Positions 1-6,831 are shown, counted from the stretch's first letter. The stretch: DNA of 24,000 bases from Metabacillus sediminis (GCF_037201815.1 NZ_CP147407.1:1720723-1744722); one strand, 5' to 3'. Notes: generated by a model from the sequence alone, not told the origin. Numbers and translations: made by a program.

Positions 1-153
1 GAACAGCTTACATTCCATACCGAAGATGAAATGTACTGGATATCCTGTCTTCAGCATGGAGAAGAATACCGCACCCGTTTCCCGCAAGAACTGATCGACG
101 TCATGAAGGATCAAATGCGCAGAGAACCGGAACGGTTTCGGAATTATCGGTGA
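1..153 (+). CDS. 3' end of an unidentified protein-coding gene (partial; continues upstream of the window)
   Basis: Frame 1 is open from the window edge to TGA at 151-153 (...EDEMYWISCLQHGEEYRTRFPQELIDVMKDQMRREPERFRNYR*). A hairpin plus T-run follows immediately. It is too short to appear in the ORF track, and I do not recognise the product. Confidence 0.4.
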   Translation, partial: EQLTFHTEDEMYWISCLQHGEEYRTRFPQELIDVMKDQMRREPERFRNYR

Positions 154-158
154 TTTGT

Positions 159-190
159 GACCCCTTACTCTTGGAGTGGGGGGTTTTTGT
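159..190 (+). terminator. Rho-independent terminator of the upstream partial gene
   Basis: CCCC(tt)ACTC at 161-170 pairs with GAGTGGGG at 174-181 around a 3-nt loop. A TTTTT run follows at 184-188. Confidence 0.55.
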
Positions 191-204
191 TATTTGAACT
201 ATAT

Positions 205-1126
205 TCGATGGACAGAATATGGCCGGTATTGGCCGGATAACAGCTTCGATCGGACAGAAAAATGGAACGGCTAAACAGAGCGCGAGACCGGCTAAAAAGC
301 AGGGGGCATTGGACAGAAAATGGAGGGGAACGGCAAAATAACTGATGCGAATGGACAGAAAAAATCGCAAGGCTAAATAAAGTGCGAGAACGGCTAAAAA
401 GCAGGGGGCACTGGACAGAAAATGGAGGGGAACGGCTAAATTACCGATGCGAATGGACAGAAAAAATGGAACGGCTAAATAGAGTGAGAGACCGGCTAAA
501 AAGCAGTGGGCACTGGACAGAAAATGGAGGGGAATGGCCAAATAACCGATGCGAAGGACAGAAAAAATCGCACGGCTAAATAAAGTGCGAGACCGGCTAA
601 AAAGCAGGGGGCACTGGACAGAATATGGAGGGGAATGGCCAAATAACCGATGCGAATGGACAGAAAAAATCGCACGGCTAAATAGAGTAAGAGGTCGGCT
701 AAAAAGCAGGGGGCACTGGACAGAAAATGACGGGGAACAGCTAAATTACCGATGCGAATGGACAGAAAAAATGGAACGGCTAAATAGATTAAGAGATCGG
801 CTAAAAAGCAGGGGGCACTGGACAGAATATGGAGGGGAACGGCCAAATAACCGATGCGAATGGACAGAAAAAATGGAACGGCTAAATAGAGTGGGCGAAC
901 GGCTAGATTGCAGGGGGCACTGGACAGAATATGGAGGGGAATGGCTAAATAACCGATGCGAATGGACAGAATATGGAGGGGAATGGCTAAATAACCGATG
1001 CGAATGGACAGAAAATGGAGGGGAATGGCTAAATAACCGATGCGAATGGATAGAAAAATGGAACGGCTAAATAGAGTAAGAGATTGGCTAAAAAGCAGGT
1101 GGCACTCGACATATTATGGAGGGTAG
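205..1126. repeat. Bimodular tandem repeat array of 19 modules with a 102-bp super-period
   Basis: Module A is 42 bp (approximately TGGACAGAAAATGGAGGGGAAYGGCTAAATAACCGATGCGAA). Module B is 59-60 bp (approximately TGGACAGAAAAAATGGAACGGCTAAATAGAGTGAGAGACCGGCTAAAAAGCAGGGGGCAC). The order is (A-B)x7, then A-A-A-B-A'. Module starts read by hand are 209, 251, 310, 352, 412, 454, 514, 556, 615, 657, 717, 759, 819, 861, 921, 963, 1005, 1047 and 1106. A8 (921-962) and A9 (963-1004) are identical. The terminal modules at 209-250 and 1106-1126 are the most degenerate. Confidence 0.95.
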
Positions 1127-1306
1127 TAAAAATATCAATTTACATAAAAATTCTTCATTCAAATTAAATAATGAGTTATTTTTACCCCGCCTCGCTGCAA
1201 AATCGCATTTTTCATTCAGAAAGCTGCTTAGTGGTGTTTCGTCTAAACATATTGTTTAAGATATACTTTTTAATAAAGAGTGATAATAGTGAACAGGAGG
1301 GAAGAT

Positions 1307-2296
1307 GTGGTAGTAAAAGAAAGAGGAACCCCAATTCGAATACTAAAATTACAGTCGTTATTGAGGAGGCTGAATAAAAATCATTCAAAACGGAAGCAGA
1401 TTCAGGAAGATTTTGCAAAATGCTTAGCAGGATATAAAGGTGAGGAGTCCATTGATTATTTTCTGCAGCAATTACCCTCTGAAAAATATAGTATTCTGCA
1501 TAATATCAATATTCCTTTTTATACATCCTCCTTACAGATGGACACCCTAATTATCTCGGATCATTGCATCTTTATACTCGAGGTGAAAAACTTCTCGGGA
1601 ACACTAATTTTTGACCAATCTTTTAAACAGTTGCTTAGAATTTCACAGGGTATGGAGGAATGCTTTCCAGACCCTATTTTGCAGGTGGAAAGGCAGAAAA
1701 ATGCTCTTATTCAATTTTTAAAAAATCAGAGAATATCACAACCTGTGATATTTCCTATTGTCATCATCAGTAACCCAACAACTGCTATAAAAACAAGTAA
1801 AGAGCATCACATAGTAGAAGACCGAGTTATTCACGCTGGAGGGATTTTATCGAAGGTTAAGGAGCTCGAAACTGCTTTATCAGGAAGGATGAATACAAGT
1901 AAGCAGACAATAATTGATATGCTATTAAAAAGTCATGCAGAGAAAGATTTTGAAGTGCTGGAATATTACAAGATAAACAAAAGCGAAATTTTGTCCGGAG
2001 TTGAATGTTCAAGGTGCAGAATGTTGACTATGAAGCGTATGCGGAAAGCGTGGGTTTGCTCTATATGTCTCGATCGATCAGTGGATGCACATAGAATTGC
2101 ACTTATGGATTTTTACCTTCTGAAAGATTATTGTATTACCAATCGGCAATTCAGAGAATTCACTGGATTGGCATCTGTTTCTACTGCAAGTAAGCTGCTT
2201 AGCAAATCAGCGCTAAAAAAGAATGGAGATACAAAAGGGAGAAGCTATATGTTAGATTCGAACTATTTTAAAAACGAAATGCAAATCAAAATTTAG
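1307..2296 (+). CDS. NERD (nuclease-related domain) protein with a C-terminal CxxC...CxxC zinc ribbon and a probable HTH tail
   Basis: The ORF track gives 1280..2296. AGGAGG at 1295-1300 sits 6 nt before an in-frame GTG at 1307, so I start the gene there. The N-terminal half (GEESIDYFLQQL...YSILHNINIP...LQMDTLIISDHCIFILEVKNFSG) matches the NERD pattern as I remember it. Downstream are CSRCRMLTMKRMRKAWVCSIC, then ITNRQFREFTGLASVSTASKLLSK, which looks like an HTH. Confidence 0.75.
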   Translation: MVVKERGTPIRILKLQSLLRRLNKNHSKRKQIQEDFAKCLAGYKGEESIDYFLQQLPSEKYSILHNINIPFYTSSLQMDTLIISDHCIFILEVKNFSGTLIFDQSFKQLLRISQGMEECFPDPILQVERQKNALIQFLKNQRISQPVIFPIVIISNPTTAIKTSKEHHIVEDRVIHAGGILSKVKELETALSGRMNTSKQTIIDMLLKSHAEKDFEVLEYYKINKSEILSGVECSRCRMLTMKRMRKAWVCSICLDRSVDAHRIALMDFYLLKDYCITNRQFREFTGLASVSTASKLLSKSALKKNGDTKGRSYMLDSNYFKNEMQIKI

Positions 2297-2718
2297 CTGG
2301 TATTCTTCATTGCGCGCTTAACTCCTGCCATTACACCCGCAAACACCAAATGCCCACCCCCCCACCACCCAAAAGCCTCCAAATCAAAAACAGAAGGAAC
2401 TTCCTTGCGTGCCAGCATAGAAAGAGGGAAATATAAAAATAGAGCCGGTAATGTTATGAGCAGCGCAACCCCGTATGTTTTCAAGAAGCCAATCACCCGC
2501 AGCTTCTCTATTGCAAATCCAAATCCCATCCCTATAAAAATAGCTACAATCAGGTGTATTACAAATTCCACCCACTCTGGCAATGGGTTAGAGTAGACAA
2601 AATCAACATTAAGCAACAGAGTATAAACTTTCAATCCTGTGACGATCTGAATCCATTTCAAAAAAAAGCCGAGAGCCAGGCCGCCGGCAAGACCGGAGAG
2701 TCCGCCGCGAAGGATCAT
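2293..2718 (-). CDS. Small integral membrane protein (about 4 predicted TM helices), family not recognised
   Basis: This is a 141-aa ORF with four hydrophobic stretches (GLSGLAGGLALGFFL; FVIHLIVAIFIGMGFGFAI; YGVALLITLPALFLYF; WWGGGHLVFAGVMAGV). Its ATG at 2718 overlaps the ylaI stop codon (ATGA at 2715-2718), which suggests translational coupling. Confidence 0.65.
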   Translation of the reverse strand: MILRGGLSGLAGGLALGFFLKWIQIVTGLKVYTLLLNVDFVYSNPLPEWVEFVIHLIVAIFIGMGFGFAIEKLRVIGFLKTYGVALLITLPALFLYFPLSMLARKEVPSVFDLEAFGWWGGGHLVFAGVMAGVKRAMKNTS

Positions 2719-2918
2719 GACAGGAAATCTCCGGTTTGTTTGTCGCGATAAAGCCTGAAGTTTCCTGTGCTTAGTCTTTCTTTTGTTTTAGTTTCGATAC
2801 GTTCGTAGCATTCGGGGCAGGTGTAAGTGTGGATGGGTCTGTTCCGCAGCCTTTTAGCCAGCAGCGTTTCGTCATTTATTGTGTGTACTTGGTCGCATAT
2901 TACGCATTTTACTCTCAT
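2715..2918 (-). CDS. ylaI: YlaI-family small zinc-ribbon protein
   Basis: The product reads MRVKCVICDQ...YTCPECYERIE, with two CxxC pairs, about 67 aa. The ORF-track start at 2927 is a GTG lying inside the GAGGTG Shine-Dalgarno sequence. The ATG at 2918 has proper spacing. The position next to ylaJ/ylaK matches B. subtilis synteny as I recall it. Confidence 0.8.
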   Translation of the reverse strand: MRVKCVICDQVHTINDETLLAKRLRNRPIHTYTCPECYERIETKTKERLSTGNFRLYRDKQTGDFLS

Positions 2919-2995
2919 GGATAACACCTCTAAACTGTTTGTATAGACCGATTATACCACAGGCTGAAAAAGTTTCTTTGTAAGGACTGTTTTTA

Positions 2996-3024
2996 TTGGA
3001 ACATTTATGAAAAATCGTTATGAT
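2996..3024 (+). promoter_or_regulatory. Candidate sigma-A promoter for the 3056..3511 gene
   Basis: TTGGAA (2996-3001), a 17-nt spacer, then TATGAT (3019-3024). This lies about 30 nt upstream of the start codon. Confidence 0.35.
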
Positions 3025-3055
3025 AGAGGTATACTGCGGCATTGGAGGGATGGAT

Positions 3056-3511
3056 ATGGCAAATAAGATAGAGCTTCAGCTGATTGACCCGCTGTTTGAT
3101 GCTTTGCAAAAAGAAAGATTTGTGACCATATCAACAATTGATCATGAGACTGGGGCTCCGAATGTAAATGCAATCTCATGGGTGCTTGCTCCAGATCGCC
3201 AAAGGCTTTATTTCGCATTGGATACGCGTTCGCGCATTTTGGAGAACATACATAAGCATCCTGCTGCGGTTATTAATCTTCTGGCAAATGAGTCGGCATA
3301 CTCAATTATTGGGAATGCCCATGTGAAAATTGAAAAGCTTGAGGGGGTTCCGCTTAAGCTGTCGCTGGTTGAGCTTGAGATTTCGGAGGTTCGGGATGTG
3401 ATGTTTTACGGTTCAAGAATTTCAAATGAGCCTCAGTATGCCAAGACGTATGATGAAAAAGCAGCGGCCCGCCTTGATCAGCAGGTGATGGATGCCATGA
3501 AAAAAGCTTAG
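3056..3511 (+). CDS. Pyridoxamine 5'-phosphate oxidase-like (FMN-binding split-barrel) family protein
   Basis: GGAGGG at 3044-3049 sits 6 nt before ATG 3056; the ORF-track start at 3020 lacks an RBS. The size (about 151 aa) and the pattern FVTISTID..G.PNVNAISWV...LYFALDTRSRILENI are typical of this fold. The assignment is from memory only. Confidence 0.6.
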   Translation: MANKIELQLIDPLFDALQKERFVTISTIDHETGAPNVNAISWVLAPDRQRLYFALDTRSRILENIHKHPAAVINLLANESAYSIIGNAHVKIEKLEGVPLKLSLVELEISEVRDVMFYGSRISNEPQYAKTYDEKAAARLDQQVMDAMKKA

Positions 3512-3536
3512 TCAGAATTTTCTGGCTAAGCTTTTA
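3501..3536. terminator. Bidirectional hairpin terminator between convergent genes
   Basis: AAAAGCTTAG(t)CAGA at 3502-3516 pairs with TCTG(g)CTAAGCTTTT at 3521-3535. A/T runs lie on both sides. Confidence 0.6.
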
Positions 3537-3541
3537 TCCAT

Positions 3542-4153
3542 TTAGTTCTTTTTCAATTCCTTATTGGATTCATCGTTCTGGTGTTTATCCAGCTCATCCT
3601 GCTGATCTTTAGGCAGTTGATCATTGTCCTGTTCAGTTGGTTCTTTTTCTTGGTTATCCATCGTATCATTAGGTACATCCGGCATTATCCGGCCGACGAT
3701 TGCAGCTAGTTCGTCCAAGAGCCCGCCAATAGGGCGGCCCTGCTGGATTTCTTTTGCTAAGTGCCGGATTCGCTGGTTTGTGTCTGCATCTGCCACAACG
3801 ACAGCATTTGCACCATAAGGGTCGTTTTTCAGGCTTTCCGTTACTGAATATTTGACTGATTCCACTTTGCTTCGGTCTAGTTCTGATTCTACATCAATTC
3901 CGACAATGGCATATTTGCCAAGGACGACAGCGGTGGCATCATTTACGTCTGGAACGCGGTTGGCGATTTCAACTAAATGCTTGGAAATTTGCTGGCCGGT
4001 TTTGCGGTCCACGGGCCTTTCAATGCTGTTTTTGACTGTGATGGGTTTGGTTTTATAATCAGTGGATGTTTCACCTTGTGAATTTTCATTGGCCGAGCAT
4101 GCAGTAAGCATGAAAAGGCCGGAAATAACGAAAAATAGTATGGATCGCAGCAT
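3542..4153 (-). CDS. ylaJ: YhcN/YlaJ-family sporulation lipoprotein
   Basis: The signal peptide carries a lipobox (FMLTAC at about residue 18). The C-terminal tail is acidic and low in complexity. The conserved core reads ATAVVLGKYAIVGIDV...DPYGANAVVVADADT. The gene is divergent from ylaK, as in B. subtilis. Confidence 0.8.
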   Translation of the reverse strand: MLRSILFFVISGLFMLTACSANENSQGETSTDYKTKPITVKNSIERPVDRKTGQQISKHLVEIANRVPDVNDATAVVLGKYAIVGIDVESELDRSKVESVKYSVTESLKNDPYGANAVVVADADTNQRIRHLAKEIQQGRPIGGLLDELAAIVGRIMPDVPNDTMDNQEKEPTEQDNDQLPKDQQDELDKHQNDESNKELKKN

Positions 4154-4306
4154 ACGAGCACTCCTTCTTAATGGCTTTTAAGTTTATTGTCTAAATAACC
4201 TTCTATCTTTATTCACAAAATCATATATTTTAGCATCGATTATGAACAGGCAGTGGTGAGAGAGAAGGCGGCGGTTGCCGCCATATGCGGACTAGGAGGC
4301 GGAATA

Positions 4307-5635
4307 TTGAATAAGGTTTATGTATTGGACACAAATGTTTTGCTGCAAGATCCGAATTCAATTTTTTCTTTTGATGACAATGAAGTGGTCATCCCAGCCG
4401 TTGTGCTGGAGGAAGTGGACTCCAAAAAACGCTATATGGATGAAGTTGGACGAAATGCCCGTCAGGTTTCAAAGCTCATTGACGGACTGCGTGAGCAGGG
4501 AAAACTGCATGAAAAAATACCGCTCCTCAATGGGGGAGCACTAAGAATCGAATTAAATCATCGATCCTTTCACGAACTTCAGGATATATTTGTTGAAAAG
4601 ACGAATGATAATCGGATATTGGCTGTTGCCAATAACCTCTCAAATGAGGAAAAATTAAAAGAAAATGGCCGGCCTGTCATTATTGTCAGCAAGGATACAT
4701 TGGTTCGCGTGAAAGCAGATGCACTCGGACTGATTGCTGAAGATTTTTTGAGTGACAGGGTCGTTGAGGTTGATCATATCTATACAGGTTTCCTCGATTT
4801 GTACATAGACCGGGGAAATTTGGACAGGTTTTATGAAAAGAATGAACTGACACTCACGGAAGTGACCAATCACCCGTTTTACCCGAATCAGTTTGTCGTC
4901 ATGAAGGATGCATTAGGCGGATCTGCATCTGCGGTTGGTATGGTGGATAAAACTGGTAAAAAAGTAAAGAGACTATTTACGGATCATGATCATATTTGGG
5001 GGATCCGGCCTAGAAATGTTCAGCAGACAATGGCTCTTGAATTGCTTTTAAGAAATGACCTGCCTCTCGTAACCCTCGTTGGAAAGGCGGGTACAGGAAA
5101 GACATTGCTTGCTCTTGCAGCCGGACTTCTGCAAACGGAGGATATGGGAACCTTCAAGAAACTCCTTGTTGCGAGGCCAATTGTTCCTGTTGGAAAAGAC
5201 ATCGGGTTTTTGCCGGGTGAAAAAGAAGAAAAGCTCCGCCCTTGGATGCAGCCAATTTACGATAATCTTGAGTTTCTATTTAATACGAAAAAACCTGGAG
5301 AGCTGGATGCTATTCTAGCTGGTATGGGTTCGATTGAAGTGGAGGCTCTCACTTATATAAGAGGCCGAAGTATACCGGATCAATACATTATAATTGACGA
5401 AGCGCAGAATCTTACGAAGCATGAGGTCAAGACTATTCTTACCCGTGTGGGGGAAAGAAGCAAAATTGTGCTGATGGGTGATCCGGAGCAAATTGATCAC
5501 CCGTACCTGGATGAGTATAATAACGGTCTCACTTATGTGGTCGAAAAATTTAAAGAGCAGCAAATCGCCGGTCATGTGAAACTTGTCAAAGGTGAACGCT
5601 CAGGACTTGCACAGCTTGCTGCAGATCTTCTTTAA
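4307..5635 (+). CDS. ylaK: PhoH-like ATPase with an N-terminal PIN domain
   Basis: AGGAGG at 4294-4299 sits 7 nt before TTG 4307, giving a 442-aa product that starts MNKVYVLDTNVLL (PIN-like). Walker A is GKAGTGKT and Walker B-like is YIIIDEAQN. The ORF-track GTG at 4253 has no RBS. Confidence 0.9.
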   Translation: MNKVYVLDTNVLLQDPNSIFSFDDNEVVIPAVVLEEVDSKKRYMDEVGRNARQVSKLIDGLREQGKLHEKIPLLNGGALRIELNHRSFHELQDIFVEKTNDNRILAVANNLSNEEKLKENGRPVIIVSKDTLVRVKADALGLIAEDFLSDRVVEVDHIYTGFLDLYIDRGNLDRFYEKNELTLTEVTNHPFYPNQFVVMKDALGGSASAVGMVDKTGKKVKRLFTDHDHIWGIRPRNVQQTMALELLLRNDLPLVTLVGKAGTGKTLLALAAGLLQTEDMGTFKKLLVARPIVPVGKDIGFLPGEKEEKLRPWMQPIYDNLEFLFNTKKPGELDAILAGMGSIEVEALTYIRGRSIPDQYIIIDEAQNLTKHEVKTILTRVGERSKIVLMGDPEQIDHPYLDEYNNGLTYVVEKFKEQQIAGHVKLVKGERSGLAQLAADLL

Positions 5636-5641
5636 GAGAAA

Positions 5642-5827
5642 GCTCTGTTAAACTTGGCCTGTGATTTCAGTTGGCAGGCGCTCGCTTATCCTTGGGCGGG
5701 CGGTGAGCCTCGTCGCCGCAATGCGCCTGCAGAGTCTCACCTGTCCCGCTGCTCTAAAGCCCGGAGTCTCGCGCCTTCCACTCCAATCAACAGGTGTTAA
5801 AAATCATCATCAGGCTTTTAACAGAGC
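5642..5827. repeat. GC-rich structured intergenic element bounded by an 11-bp perfect inverted repeat
   Basis: GCTCTGTTAAA at 5642-5652 pairs with TTTAACAGAGC at 5817-5827, and the pairing extends imperfectly through GCCTG..GAT. There is an internal 8-bp inverted repeat, GCAGGCGC (5674-5681) with GCGCCTGC (5723-5730). GAGTCTC is duplicated at 5731-5737 and 5764-5770. The core is clearly more GC-rich than its flanks. Confidence 0.7.
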
Positions 5828-5834
5828 CTAAAAG

Positions 5835-5868
5835 AAAGGAAGGTGCCTGCATCCGGCACCTTCCTTTT
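5835..5868. terminator. Bidirectional rho-independent terminator shared by ylaK and the convergent ylaL-like gene
   Basis: AAGGAAGGTGCC at 5836-5847 pairs with GGCACCTTCCTT at 5855-5866 around a 7-nt loop. It is flanked by AAA and TTTT. Confidence 0.8.
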
Positions 5869-6361
5869 ACAATATAATTATCTCACGGACTGCTTTAATC
5901 GGGCGGTCCCGATTTGAACCGTCTCCGTAATACAAATGCATGGGGCCGTCTTTCTTTAGCGGTTTTCCATCCTCACTGAATGCAGCTATCAGTTCTCTGG
6001 CTTTTTCCAGCGGTAAGACAACTATATCCTCTTCAGCAATAATCTGAACGGCTGAAGCGGTTTCGTCCAGCTCGGCGTTAGATAGAAAAGGAGCGAACCT
6101 GATCCCGAATGTTCCATTAACCAGTTCCTGCTTCTTAAAAATGTTTTTTAAAGGTTCTGCGGGAGCTTCATTTCCTTCTTTAATTTCCCTGTCCCAATGC
6201 TTTGAAATTTGCTTTGTATATTCATCCTGTTCATTTTGGGTTTCTCCTGTTTTTAAGAAGAAACTGGTAAGATCTGCTTTGCGGTCATCGAAAATCCAGA
6301 CGCTTGGGTCAATGGTGATCGGGAACTTAACCTTCCCTGAAATTTGGATGATATCTGTCAT
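5867..6361 (-). CDS. Conserved hypothetical protein, YlaL-like by position
   Basis: This is a 164-aa ORF preceded by GGAGTG, about 6 nt upstream of ATG 6361 on the minus strand. It lies between ylaK and ylaN, where B. subtilis has ylaL, and is of similar size. No domain recognised. Confidence 0.55.
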   Translation of the reverse strand: MTDIIQISGKVKFPITIDPSVWIFDDRKADLTSFFLKTGETQNEQDEYTKQISKHWDREIKEGNEAPAEPLKNIFKKQELVNGTFGIRFAPFLSNAELDETASAVQIIAEEDIVVLPLEKARELIAAFSEDGKPLKKDGPMHLYYGDGSNRDRPIKAVREIIIL

Positions 6362-6549
6362 TTAATCACTCCTCTATTTGACATTATAAGCGCTTATTTT
6401 ATGCTTGTCATGAGATGAATCCGCTCGATGTTGGAAATTGGCGAAGGCAAGCATGTTTTGTCCTTCACTTATACCTTGCTTTTTTCCTTTTTTCCCTTTA
6501 ATATTAATAGGTAGATTAGAGGTAATCGCTCGGGAACGGAGGGATTCAT

Positions 6550-6831
6550 TTGGCTTCTGAGATTGCGATTGATCATCGTGAAAAGGCACTTGCGCTGCTG
6601 AAAGCTGACGCTGATAAAATCATGAAGTTGATCAAGGTTCAGATGGACAATTTAACCATGCCCCAATGCCCTCTTTATGAAGAGGTTTTAGATACACAAA
6701 TGTTTGGTCTATCCAGAGAAATTGACTTCGCTGTCCGTCTTGGACTGGTGTTTGAGCATGAAGGAAAAGTTTTGCTGGATTCCCTTGAACGTGAGTTATC
6801 TGTTCTGCATGAGGCATTTACGAAAAAATAA
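6550..6831 (+). CDS. ylaN: UPF0358 / YlaN-family protein
   Basis: GGAGGG at 6538-6543 sits 6 nt before TTG 6550. The product is 93 aa, the same length as B. subtilis YlaN. The gene lies immediately upstream of ftsW, as in B. subtilis. Confidence 0.8.
   Translation: MASEIAIDHREKALALLKADADKIMKLIKVQMDNLTMPQCPLYEEVLDTQMFGLSREIDFAVRLGLVFEHEGKVLLDSLERELSVLHEAFTKK

Noticed and set aside
101-1070. Four long ORFs inside the tandem array (101..541 -, 382..579 +, 496..846 -, 549..1070 +)
   Set aside because: They exist only because the T-poor repeat unit lacks stop codons in several frames on both strands. They mutually overlap and have no properly spaced RBS. One of them runs backwards through the upstream gene and its terminator. 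The frames are broken by a point mutation and a 1-nt indel. I treat them as repeat artefacts; the residual coding possibility is listed as a finding.
205-1126. CRISPR array
   Set aside because: There are no unique spacers, because every segment between repeats is itself a repeat module. The repeats are not palindromic, no leader or cas genes are present, and the period (42, 60 or 102 bp) is unlike repeat-plus-spacer units.
1171-1418. 68-aa ORFs 1171..1377 (+) and 1212..1418 (-) upstream of and overlapping the NERD gene start
   Set aside because: They lie in an AT-rich leader region, lack an RBS, overlap each other and the well-supported NERD start, and have low-complexity translations.
4268-4283. 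GGCGGC-ggtt-GCCGCC hairpin in the ylaK leader as a riboswitch or attenuator
   Set aside because: It is only a 6-bp stem with no U-tract, no alternative pairing partner and no recognisable riboswitch core. It is too little to call.
6374-6589. 71-aa ORF on the minus strand in the ylaL/ylaN divergent region
   Set aside because: It overlaps the ylaN RBS and start, has no SD sequence, and has a Lys/Ser-rich composition with no features. It is most likely promoter DNA.
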